A DNA stretch of 64,000 nucleotides, from NCBI GenBank assembly GCA_964016885.1, contig OZ024744.1:117986001-118050000 (forward strand), given 5' to 3'. This DNA comes from Eledone cirrhosa. Its lineage: Eukaryota. Below the pieces are notes generated by a model. The model did no database searches. It was given only the letters and a program-made list of their open reading frames with translations, and was not told the DNA's origin. How positions within the stretch are numbered: the first letter of the stretch is position 1; each line of letters starts with the position of its first letter. A program made the translations under genes and the position numbers. Shown here piece by piece: positions 11,060 to 25,317 of the stretch.

Positions 11060-14000
11060 AACCCTCCTTCCAGCAGGTCCTGTCAGAAGCAACAATCTCC
11101 AACTGATATGGATTGATCCCCAAGGAAGACCAGCCAATCTCATGGATATTGCCATAAAATCTGTCCAGTGATTCTTTCCTGAGACATTCTAACCACATGT
11201 CATAGTATCAGAGCTGTGATCTCTTAATTCAGAGATTCTTTCCTGAGACATTCTAACCACATGTCTGTAGTATCACAGCTGTGATCTCTCAATTCAGAGA
11301 TTCTTTCCTCAGACATTCTAACCACATGTCATAGTATCAGAGCTGTGATCTCTCAATTCAGAGATTCTTTCCTGAGACATTCTAACCACATGTCATAGTA
11401 TCAGAGCTGTGATCTCTCAATTCAGAGATTCTTTCCTGAGACATTCTAACTACATGTCATAGTATCAGAGCTGTGATCTCTCAATTCAGAGATTCTTTCC
11501 TCGGACATTCTAACCACATGTCATAGGATCAGAGCTGTGATCTCTAAAATTCAGAGATTATTTCCTGGGACATTCTAACCACATGTCTGTAGTATCAGAC
11601 CTCTGAACTTTCAAGCCAGTGATTCTTTCCTGAGATATTCTAACCACATGTGATAGTATCAGAGCTGTGATCTCTCAATTCAGAGATTCTTACTTGAGAT
11701 ATTCTAACTACATGTCTGTAGTATCAGAGCTGTGATCTCTCAATTCAGTGATTCTTTTCTGAGACATTCTAACCACAAGTCCATAGTATCAGAGCTATGA
11801 TCTCCCAATTCAGTGATTCTTTCCTGAGACATTCTAACCACATGTCATAGTATCAGAGCTGTGATCTCTCAATTCAGACATTCTTTCCTGAGACATTCTA
11901 ACCATATGTCTGTGGTAACAGAGCTATGATCTCTCAATTCAGTGATTCTTTCCTGAGACATTCTAACCACATGTCATAGTATCAGAGCTGTGATCTTTCA
12001 GTCCAGTGGTTATTTCCTGAGACATTCTAACCACATGTCATAGTATCAGAGCTGTGATCTCTCAATTCAGACATTCTTTCCTGAGACATTCTAACCATAT
12101 GTCTGTGGTAACAGAGCTATGATCTCTCAATTCAGAGATTCTTTCCTGAGACATTCTAACCACATGTCATATTATCAGAGCTATGATCTCTCAATTCAGA
12201 GATTCTTTCCTGAGACATTCTAACCACATGTCATATTATCAGAGCTGTAATCTCTCAATTCAGGGATTCTAACCACGTGTCATAGTATCAGAGCCGTGAT
12301 CTCTCAATTCAAAGATTCTTTCCTGAGACATTCTAACTAGATGTCATAGTATCAGTTCTGTGATCTCTCAATTCAGAGATTCTTTCCTGAGACATTCTAA
12401 CCACATGTCTGTAGTATCAGAGCTGTGATCTCTCAATTCAGAGATTTTTTCCTCAGACATTCTAACCACATGTCATAGTATCAGAACTCTGATCTCTCAA
12501 TTCAGAGATTCTTTCCTGCGACATTCTAACCACATGTCATAGTATCAGAGCTGTGATCTCTTAATTCAGAGATTCTTTCCTGAGACATTCTAACCACATG
12601 TCTGTAGTATCACAGCTGTGATCTCTCAATTCAGAGATTCTTTCCTCAGACATTCTAACCACATGTCATAGTATCAGAGCTGTGATCTCTCAATTCAGAG
12701 ATTCTTTCCTGAGACATTCTAACCACATGTCATAGTAGCAGAGCTGTGATCTCTCAATTCAGAGATTCTTTCCTCAGACATTCTAACCACATGTCATAGT
12801 ATCAGAGCTGTGATCTCTCAATTCAGAGATTCTTTCCTCAGACATTCTAACCACATGTCATAGTATCAGAGCTGTGATCTCTCAATTCAGAGATTCTTTC
12901 CTCAGACATTCTAACCACGTGTCATAGTATCAGAACTCTGATCTCTCAATTCAGAGATTCTTTCCTGAGACATTCTAACCACATGTCATAGTATCAGAGC
13001 TGTGATCCCTCAATTCAGAGATTCTTTCCTGAGACATTCTAACCACATGTCATAGTATCAGAGCTGTGATCTCTTAATTCAGAGATTCTTTCCTGAGACA
13101 TTCTAACCACATGTCTGTAGTATCAGAGCTCTGATCTCTCAATTCAGAGATTCTTTCTTGAGACATTCTAACCACATGTCTGTAGTATCAGAGCTGTGAT
13201 CTCTCAATTCAGAGATTCTTTCCTGATACATTCTAACCACATGTCTGTAGTATCAGAGCTGTATGCTCTCAATTCAGAGATTCTTTCCTGAGACATTCTA
13301 ACCACATGTCTGTAGTATCAGAGCTGTGATCTCTCAATTTAGAGATTCTTTCCTGAGACATTATAACCATATGTCATAGTATCAGAGCTGTGATCTCTCA
13401 ATTCAGAGATTCTTTCCTGAGATATTCTAGCCACATGTCATAGTATCAGAGCTGTGATCTCTCAATTCAGGGATTCTTTCCTGAGACATTCTAACCACGT
13501 GTCATAGTATCAGAGCCGTGATCTCTCAATTCAAAGATTCTTTCCTGAGACATTCTAACTAGATGTCATAGTATCAGTTCTGTGATCTCTCAATTCAGAG
13601 ATTCTTTCCTGAGACATTCTAACCACATGTCTGTAGTATCAGAGCTGTGATCTCTCAATTCAGAGATTTTTTCCTCAGACATTCTAACCACATGTCATAG
13701 TATCAGAACTCTGATCTCTCAATTCAGAGATTCTTTCCTGAGACATTCTAACCACATGTCATAGTATCAGAGCTGTGATCTCTTAATTCAGAGATTCTTT
13801 CCTGAGACATTCTAACCACATGTCTGTAGTATCACAGCTGTGATCTCTCAATTCAGAGATTCTTTCCTCAGACATTCTAACCACATGTCATAGTATCAGA
13901 GCTGTGATCTCTCAATTCAGAGATTCTTTCCTGAGACATTCTAACCACATGTCATAGTAGCAGAGCTGTGATCTCTCAATTCAGAGATTCTTTCCTCAGA

Positions 14001-15500
14001 CATTCTAACCACATGTCATAGTATCAGTGCTGTGATCTCTCAATTCAGAGATTCTTTCCTCAGACATTCTAACCACATGTCATAGTATCAGAGCTGTGAT
14101 CTCTCAATTCAGAGATTCTTTCCTCAGACATTCTAACCACGTGTCATAGTATCAGAACTCTGATCTCTCAATTCAGAGATTCTTTCCTGAGACATTCTAA
14201 CCACATGTCATAGTATCAGAGCTGTGATCCCTCAATTCAGAGATTCTTTCCTGAGACATTCTAACCACATGTCATAGTATCAGAGCTGTGACTCTTAATT
14301 CAGAGATTCTTTCCTGAGACATTCTAACCACATGTCTGTAGTATCAGAGCTCTGATCTCTCAATTCAGAGATTCTTTCCTGAGACATTCTAACCACATGT
14401 CTGTAGTATCAGAGCTGTGATCTCTCAATTCAGAGATTCTTTCCTGATACATTCCAACCACATGTCTGTAGTATCAGAGCTGTATGCTCTCAATTCAGAG
14501 ATTCTTTCCTGAGACATTCTAACCACATGTCTGTAGTATCAGAGCTGTGATCTCTCAATTTAGAGATTCTTTCCTGAGACATTCTAACCATATGTCATAG
14601 TATCAGAGCTGTGATCTCTTAATTCAGAGATTCTTTCCTGAGACATTCTAACCACTTGTCTGTAGTATCAGAGCTGTGGTCTCTCAATACAGAGATTCTT
14701 TCCTGAGACATTCTAACCACATGTCATATTATCAGACCTGTGATCTCTCAATTCAGAGATTCTTTCCTGAGACATTCTAACCACATGTCTGTAGTATCAG
14801 AGCTGTGATCTCTCAATTCAGAGATTCTTTCCTGAGTCATTCTTACCACATGTCATATTATCAGAGCTGTGATCTCTCAATTCAGAGATTCTTTCCTGAG
14901 TCATTCTTACCACATGTCTGTAGTATCAGAACTCTGATCTCTCAATCCAGTCATTCTTTCCTGAGATATTCTAATCACATGTGATAGTATCAGAGCTGTG
15001 ATCTCTTAATTCAGAGATTCTTTCCTGAGACATACTGACCACATGTCCATAGTATCAGAGCTGTGACCTCTCAATTCAGAGATACTTTCCTGAGACATTC
15101 TAACCACGTTATAGTATCAGATCTGTGATCTCTTAATTCAGAGAAGTAGCGGTTCTACTTCAAATGACTATCTGAACTCCGAGTTACGCTCTTTATCAAG
15201 TAACGTTACTCCCAAAACCCCATTTTGGCCACTTGTATTCGCAATTGTAGTACCCAGGATTCATGACCACGGGTATGAGTTGACACAAACACCAAATTGA
15301 AGATAGCGAGATTGGTTTTTGTACCTACCTCCCTTCTTCTGATTGCTGCAGCTGTTGAGTTACTGTCATAACTGTAGAAATTCTTGCACTTGAACCTCTC
15401 TACCTGCTTCAGTGGAACTCCCTTCACATGTAGCCTGCACTGTGCAGGCTTCTTTGAGAGTATGAGTGTCTCAGTCTTAGCAGCACTGATTTTCAGAAAC
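11060..15500 (-). repeat. RTE-like LINE fragment containing a ~4-kb array of the 64-65 bp unit (~62 copies, 11165-15143)
   Basis: LINE coding remnants flank both sides (GHESW..RIQVAKMGF and EVEPLLL upstream; a 3' segment matching 4750-4850 downstream). Confidence 0.88.
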
Positions 15501-15524
15501 CGTTATTATTATTATTTAGGGCTA

Positions 15525-15850
15525 AGGTTACCTTTGCCTTTCATCCTTAAGGGGTCGATAACATAAAGTACCAGTAATACGCTTGGTAATTTCTGGCCTT
15601 GTGCCAAAAGAAGAAACAATTATTATTATTTAGAGCAATCTTTTCGAATTGTTAGATTGTTAGACAGCATGCCTTGCGATAGTTACTGGTGTCTTACATT
15701 CCAACTTCAAACCCACCGAAGTCAACTTTGCTATTCATCCGTCTAGGGTCAACAAAGTAAAGTACTAGTCATGTACTGCGGTAGATTTCATTGAATTTAC
15801 CATATCCCCACAATATTTTGGCTTTGTGCCTAAAATAGAAACCAATATTT
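15525..15850 (+). mobile_element. two SINE copies (Nin-like core)
   Basis: CCTTTGCCTTTCATCC..GGGGTCGATAAC and a second diverged copy, both ending in TGTGCC(T)AAA. Confidence 0.55.
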
Positions 15851-15874
15851 TTTGTTTTATTTATTATTTTACAG

Positions 15875-15946
15875 GAAAACTTTGAAATGGAGAACAAAAG
15901 TCAAATTGGCTCCTCATTTCGTTGTGAATATCCTGATTGCAGTCTT
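15875..15946 (+). CDS. TRERF1: TRERF1-family exon, first half of a C2H2 finger
   Basis: Splice sites TTTTACAG|...|GTGAGT; encodes ENFEMENKSQIGSSFRCEYPDCSL, phase 0 at both ends. Confidence 0.88.
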
Positions 15947-16014
15947 GTGAGTTTTTTTTTATCTTCAACAAGTTTAAGGAATTTGGTACTACATATATAA
16001 TTAATTGTCCGCAA

Positions 16015-19000
16015 GGCGTGTGTCCGGTGGTAAGGATGTTAGGCTTACAATCATAATCTTGAGGGTGTGATTGCTGGAGTGGGTTGTGTGTTGTGTTCTT
16101 GAACAAAACACTTCATTTCACATTACTCCAGTATACTACAGTGGAGGTATGTGGTGGCCTAGTGGTAAGGGTGTTAGACTGGGTTGTGTGTTGTGTTCTT
16201 GAACAAAACATTTCACATTACTACAGTATACTACAGTGGAGCTATGTAGTGGCCTAGTGGTAAGGGTGTTAGACTGTGTTGTGTTCTTGAACAAAGCACT
16301 TCATTTCACATTACTCCAGTATACTACAGTGGAGGTATGTGGTGGCCTAGTGGTAAGTGTGTTAGACTGGGTTGTGTGTTGTGTTCTTGGACAAAACACT
16401 TCATTTCACGTTACTCGAATATACTACAGTGTAGGTATGTGGTGGCCTAGTGGTAAGGGTGTTAGACTGGGTTGTGTGTTGTGTTCTTGAACACTTCATT
16501 TCACATTACACCAGTATACTACAGTGGAGGTATGTGGTGGCCTAGTGGTAAGGGAGTTAGACTAGGTTGTGTGTTGTGTTTTTCAACAAAAAATTTCATT
16601 TTACATTACTCCAGTATACTACAGTGGAGGTATGTGGTGGCCTAGTGGTAAGGGTGTTAGACTGGGTTGTGTGTTGTGTTCTTAAATAAAACACTACATT
16701 TCACATTACACCAGTATACTACAGTGGAGGTATGTGGTGGCCAAGTGGTAGGGTGTTAGACCGGGTTGTGTGTTGTGTTCTTAAATAAAACACTACATTT
16801 CACATTACTCCAGTATACTACAGTGGAGGTATGTGGTGGCCAAGTGGTAAGGGTGTTAGACTGGGTTGTGTGTTGTGTTCTTAAATAAAACACTACATTT
16901 CACATTACTCCAGTATACTACAGTGGAGGTATGTGGTGGCCTAGTGGTAAGGGTGTTAGACTGGGTTGTGTGTTGTGTTCTTGAACAAAACACTTCATGT
17001 CACATTACTCCAGTATACTACAGTGGGGGTGTGTGGTGGCCTAGTGGTAAGGGTGTTAGACTGGGTTGTGTGTTGTGTTCTTGAACACTTCATTTCTCAT
17101 TACACCAGTATACTACAGTGGAGGTATGGGGTGGCCTAGTGGTAAGGTTATTAGACTGGGTTGGGTGTTGTGTTATTCAACAAAACTACATTTCACATTA
17201 CTACAGTATACTACAGTGGAGGTATGTGGTGGCCTAGTGGTAAGGGTGTTAGACTAGGTTGTGTGTTGTGTTCTTGAACAAAACAATTCATTTCACATTA
17301 CTCCAGTATACCACAGTGGAGGTATGTGGTGGCCTAGTGGTAAGGGTGTTAGACTGGGTCGTGTGTTGTGTTCTTGAACAAAACATTTCACATTACTCCA
17401 GTATACTACAGTGGAGGTATGTGGTGGCCTAGTGGTAAGGGTGTTAGACTGGGTTGTGTTCTTCAATAAAACACTACATTTCACATTACTCCAGTATACT
17501 ACAGTGGAGGTATGTTGTGGCTTAGTGGTAAGGGTGTTAGACTGGGTTGTGTGTTGTGTTCTTCAACAAAACTACATTTCATATTACTCCTGTATACTAG
17601 AGAGGAGGTGTGTGGTGGCCTAGTGGTAAGGGTGTTAGACCCGGGTTGTATGTCGTGTTCTTGAACAAAATACTTCATTTCACCTTACTCCAGTATACTA
17701 CAGTGGAGGTATGTGGTGGCTTAGTGGTAAGGGTGTTGTATTCATGAACAAACATTTCACATTACTCCAGTATACTACGGTGGAGGTATGGGGTGGCCTA
17801 GTAGTAAGGGTGTTAGACTGGGTTGTGTGTTGTGTTCTTGAACAAAACACTTCATTTCACATTACTCCAGTATACTACAGTGGAGGTATGTGGTGGCCTA
17901 GTGGTAAGGGTGATAGACTGGGTCGTGTGTTGTGTTCTTGAACAAAACATTTCACATTACTCCAGTATACTACAGTGGAGGTATGTGGTGGCCTAGTGGT
18001 AAGGGTGTTAGACTAGGTTGTGTGTTGTGTTCTTGAACAAAACACTTTATTTCACATTATTCCAGTATACTACAGTGGAGGTATGTGGTGGCCTAGTGGT
18101 AAGGGTGTTAGACTGGTTTGTGTGTTGTGTTCTTCAACAAAACACTTTATTTCACATTACTCCAGTATACTACGGTGGAGGTATGTTACCTAGTGGTAAG
18201 GGTGTTAGACTGGGTTGTGTGTTGTGTTCTTGAACACTTCATTTCACATTACTCCAGTATACTACAGTGGAGGTATGGGGTGGCCTAGTGGTAAGGGTGT
18301 TAGACCCGGGCTGTATGTTGTGTTCTTGAACAAAATACTTCATTTCACATTACTCCAGTATACTACAGTGCAGGTATGTGTTGGCTTTGTGGTAAGGGTG
18401 TTGTATTCATGAACAAACATGGTGGCCTAGTGGTAAGGGTGTTAGACTGGGTTGTGTGTTGTATTCTTGAACAAAACACTTCATTTCACATTACTCCAGT
18501 ATACTACAGTGGAGGTATGTGGTGGCCTAGTGGTAAGGGTGTTAGACTGGGTTGTGTGTTGTGTTCTTGAACACTTCATTTCACATTACTCCAGTATACT
18601 ACAGTAGAGGTATGTGGTGGCCTAGTGGTAAAGGTGTTAGACTGGGTTGTGTTGTGTTCTTGAACAAAACTGTGTTGTAAGTTATGTTCTTGAACAAGAC
18701 ATTTCACATTGCTCCACTATACTACAGTGGAGGTATGTGGTGGCCTAGTGGTAAGGGTGTTAGACTGGGTTGTGTGTTGTGTTCTTGGACAAAACACTTC
18801 ATTTCACATTACTCCAGTATACTACAGTGGAGGTATGTGGTGACCTAGTGGTAAGGGTGTTAGACTGTGTTGTATTCTTCAATAAAACACTACATTTCAC
18901 ATTACTCCAGTATACTACAGTGGAGGTATGTGGTGGCCTAGTGGTAAGGGTGTTAGACTGGGTTGTGTGTTGTGTTCTTGAACAAAACAATTCATTTCAC

Positions 19001-19530
19001 ATTACTCCAGTATACTACAGTGGAGATTTGTGGTGGCCTAGTGGTAAGGGTGTTAGACTGGGTTGTGTGTTGTGTTCTTGAACAAAACATTTCACATTAC
19101 TCCAGTATACTACAGTGGAGGTATGTGGTGGCCTAGTGGTAAGTGTGTTAGACTGGGTTGTGTGTTGTGTTCTTGAACAAAACATTTCACATTATTCCAG
19201 TATACTACAGTGGAGGTATGTGGTGGCCTAGTGGTAAGTGTGTTAGACTGGGTTGTGTGTTGTGTTCTTGGACAAAACACTTCATTTCACATAACTCGAA
19301 TATACTACAGTGGAGGTATGTGGTGGCCTAATGGTAAGGGTGTTAGACTGTGTTGTGTTCTTGGACAAAACACTTCATTTCACATTACTCCAGTATACTA
19401 CAGTGGAGGTATGTGGTGACCTAGTGGTAAGGGTGTTAGAGTGGGTTGTGTGTTGTGTTCTTGAACAAGACACTTCATTTCACATTACTCCAGTATACTA
19501 CCGTGGAGGTATGTGGTGGCCTAGTGGTAA
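16015..19530 (+). repeat. SINE-derived ~100-bp tandem array (~35 units)
   Basis: Unit GGAGGTATGTGGTGGCCTAGTGGTAAGGGTGTTAGACTGGGTTGTGTGTTGTGTTCTTGAACAAAACACTTCATTTCACATTACTCCAGTATACTACAGT. It has a tRNA A-box-like TGGCCTAGTGG and a CORE-like segment, and a longer SINE head precedes it at 16015. Confidence 0.8.
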
Positions 19531-19940
19531 GTGTGTGGTGGTATGGGAGGTGTGTGTGTGGTGGTATGAGGTGTGTGTGGTGGTATGGGAGGTGTGTGTG
19601 GTGGTATGGGAGGTGTGTGGTTGTATGGGAGGTGTGTGTGGTGGTATGGGAGGTGTGTTTGGTGGTATGGGAGGTGTGTGTGGTGGTATGGGAGGTGTGT
19701 GTGGTGGTATGGGAGGTGTGTGTGGTGGTATGGGAGTTGTATGTGGTGGTATGGGAGGTGTGTGTGGTTGTATGGGAGGTGTGTGTTATTGTATGGGAGT
19801 TGTATGTGGTGGTATGGGAGGTGTGTGTGGTTGTATGGGAGGTGTGTGTTATTGTATGGGAGGTGTGTGTGGTTGTATGGGAGGTGTGTGTTATTGTATG
19901 GGAGTTGTATGTGGTGGTATGAGAGGTGTGTGTGGTTTAT
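19531..19940 (+). repeat. ~20-bp G-rich minisatellite (GGTGGTATGGGAGGTGTGTG)n
   Basis: Direct tandem periodicity. Confidence 0.9.
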
Positions 19941-20252
19941 GTGTGTGTACATACATTAAAAATTTCATCACTAATTGAATTGAAGTATCATCATCATCAT
20001 CATTATTATTTAACGTCTGTCTCATGTTTACATGCCGTCATCGTGTACAGAGAAGTTGCCTTTTGGAAGGGTCCTCTTAACCCTTTATTTGGCAAGCTTT
20101 CTCTGGCTAGATACCCTTCCTATCACCTACACTAGAGGAGATGTCACATCCTTGACATCATTAATGTCTCCTCTTTGCTTCAATTAAAGCGTAATCTTCT
20201 TTGTTGAAATGTAAATCTTGAAATTAATGAATTTTTTACTGTAAATTTTCAG

Positions 20253-20440
20253 ATATTCAACTCTAGACAAGTTTTGAACAGCCACATGAGAATGCATGGC
20301 AAAACTGTGAGTAACAATTCTACAAGAGTGGAAACAGTGTTGACCTCTTCACAACATTCAGCAGTTAACAGTGTAACAACAAACTCTGCTCCTACACAAA
20401 CTATTCCTGTTATGGATTACCCTTGTAAACTGTGTGGAAA
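20253..20440 (+). CDS. TRERF1: TRERF1-family exon, completes C2H2 finger 1 and starts finger 2
   Basis: Splice sites TTTTCAG|...|GTAAGT; encodes IFNSRQVLNSHMRMH...DYPCKLCG(K), phase 2. Confidence 0.9.
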
Positions 20441-20479
20441 GTAAGTATCTACTCGTTGATTACATTTCTCAATCATTTG

Positions 20480-21990
20480 AACACTTTCGCATTTACATTA
20501 CGCTATATATACTATTGTATTTTCACACTAAAGGCTTTACCTCACATAATATCTCACATAACATTTACATTACTCTATATATACTATTGTATTTTCACAG
20601 TAAAGGCTTTACCTCACATAATATCTCACATAACATTTACATTACTCTATATATACTATTGTATTTTCACAGTAAAGGCTTTACCTCACATATCTCACAT
20701 AACATTTATATTACTCTATATATACTATTGTATTTTCACAGTAAAGGCTTTACCTCACATAACATTTACATTACTCTATATATACTATTGTATTTTCACA
20801 GTAAAGGCTTTACCTTACATAATATCTCACATAACATTTACATTACTCTATATATACTATTGTATTTTCACAGTAAAGGCTTTACCTCACATAATATCTC
20901 ACATAACATTTATATTTCTCTATATATACTATTGTATTTTCACAGTAAAGGCTTTACCTCACATAATATCTCACATAACATTTATATTACTCTATATATA
21001 CTATTGTATTTTCACAGTAAAGGCTTTACCTCACATTATCTCACATAACATTTACATTACTCTGTATATACTATTGTATTTTCACTGTAAAGGCTTTACC
21101 TCACATAACATTTACATTACTCTATGTATACTCTTGTATTTTCACAGTAAAGGCTTTACCTTACGTAATATCTCACATAACATTTACATTACTCTCTATA
21201 TACTACTGTATTTTCACAGTAAAGGCTTTACCTCACATAATACCTCACATAACATTTACATTACTCTATATATACTCTTGTATTTTCACAGTAAAGTCTT
21301 TACCTCACATAATACCTCACATAACATTTACATACTCTATATATACTATTGTATTTTCACAGTAAAGGCTTTACCTCACATAATACCTCACATAACATTT
21401 ACATACTCTATATATACTATTGTATTTTCACAGTAAAGGCTTTACCTCACATAATATCTCACATAACATTTACATTGCTCTATATATACTATTGTATTTT
21501 CACAGTAAAGGCTTTACCTCACATAATATCTCACATAACATTTACATTACTCTATATATACTATTATATTTTCACAGTAAAGGCTTTACCTCACATAATA
21601 TCTCACATAACATTTACATTACTCTATATATACTATTGTATTTTCACAGTAAAGGCTTTACCTCACATAATATCTCACATAACATTTACATTACTCTATA
21701 TATACTATTGTATTTTCACAGTAAAGGCTTTACCTCACATAATATCTCACATAACATTTACACTACTCTATATATACTATTGTATTTTCACAGTAAAGGC
21801 TTTACCTTACATAATATCTCACATAACATTTACATTACTCTATATATACTCTTGTATTTTCACAGTAAAGACTTTACCTCACATAATATCTCACATAACA
21901 TTTACATTACTCTATATATACTATTGTATTTTCACAGTAAAGGCTTTACCTCACATTTTACATTACTCTATATATACTATTGTATTTTCG
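20480..21990 (+). repeat. 72/60-bp satellite derived from the piggyBac-type MITE, filling the last intron
   Basis: Unit CATAACATTTACATTACTCTATATATACTATTGTATTTTCACAGTAAAGGCTTTACCTCA with or without CATAATATCTCA. Confidence 0.9.
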
Positions 21991-22091
21991 TACACATGGA
22001 TTCCTTTTTGAGGTAATGTTGTACTCTAAGATGTTGCCACTGTTACCAACGTTAACATTGAGGTAATGTTTCACTGTAATTTCTTTTCCAG

Positions 22092-22188
22092 GGTATTTGC
22101 CAAAATTAAAAGTCGATGTGCACACATGAAAAGCCATGCTGAAATTGTACGAAAAGTTGCCAAACAACAAGCTGCATCAGAAGACTGA
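22092..22188 (+). CDS. TRERF1: TRERF1-family terminal coding exon (C-terminal C2H2 finger, TGA stop)
   Basis: Acceptor TTTTCCAG|; encodes (K)VFAKIKSRCAHMKSHAEIVRKVAKQQAASED*, resembling the CGKVFxKIKSRNAHMKxH finger of this family. Confidence 0.9.
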
Positions 22189-22289
22189 TTCTTGGAATTA
22201 CCATTCTTAAAAAGAAAAGAAAAGGGAATTAACAAAAACACAAGCACAATTCTTGTGTGTGTCAGTGTGTGCCTGCATATGTGTGTATG

Positions 22290-24280
<1,991 letters not shown>

Positions 24281-25317
24281 GAATTGTTAACATCCTTTAC
24301 TATATTTTGAGAAAGAAAGAAAAAAGAAATACATAAGGAAAGAAAAGTTTTTAAAAAAGAGTGAAATCAATAAAAAAGAATGTAATAATTGATATCCTTT
24401 TGTCATCGATATGAAGGGGTGGGGTGGGGCAGTTGATCAATGAAAAAAATTTGAGAACTTTGAAGAATTTTTTTGTTAAACATTTTGTTGTTGTTTTCCT
24501 TTGTGAGACTTTTAAATATTTGACATTTTAATAGAAGAAAAAAACAGGATTTGAGAAATTTTTTCGTTTTCTTTTAAATTTAAGCAAAAAAAATATTTTA
24601 ATGTTAAATTATTTTTTCTTTCCTACAAGAATGATGTTTTTTTTTTTTTGTTTCTTGGTTTGTGATTGCATTGAGTGTGTATGTGTGTATGTAACTATGT
24701 CTATCTATGTAACTGTGTCTATCTATGTGTGTATGTAACTGTGTCTATCTATGTGTGTATGTAACTATATATATCTATCTATCTATGTGACTATCTATCT
24801 ATCTATCTGTATCTATCTCTCTATCTATGTATGTATCTGTTCTATCTATCTGTGTATGTATGCATCACTATATGTGTGTATATCTATATGTGTGTATATC
24901 TGTGTATATCTGAGCCAATCTCCAACAGGTGCCGTGTCAATCTTCCATTGTCCATCTATGGAGAACAATGAAATGACCAGCAAAACTTGGTCTGCTGCTT
25001 TCTTACTCATTCTTATCTCTTTCAATTGTTTAAACCTCTCCCTCTGACCATGTAGACACAGGTGTAAGGTCCACCAGCACATGGCTGGAGCTGATGGGGG
25101 CTGTAACAGGTAAGATATATATATATGTGTTGTCCAACCTTCCAAGCAGGGAAAAGCGGACGTAAAATGATGATGATATATATATAGCTGGTTAGTATTC
25201 ATGGCTGCAATACTTGATGACCTTATCAATATACAGCAGAAACTCTTGAGTAACAGGTTACTAACATAGTCTAGATAATATTATGTACAGAGAGAGGGAG
25301 ATGTGATATATACATAT

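Noticed and set aside
19310-19978. Gly/Cys-rich GGMGGVC repeat ORF resembling a structural protein
   Set aside because: It is an intronic 20-bp minisatellite continuous with the SINE-derived array, with no splice or start context.
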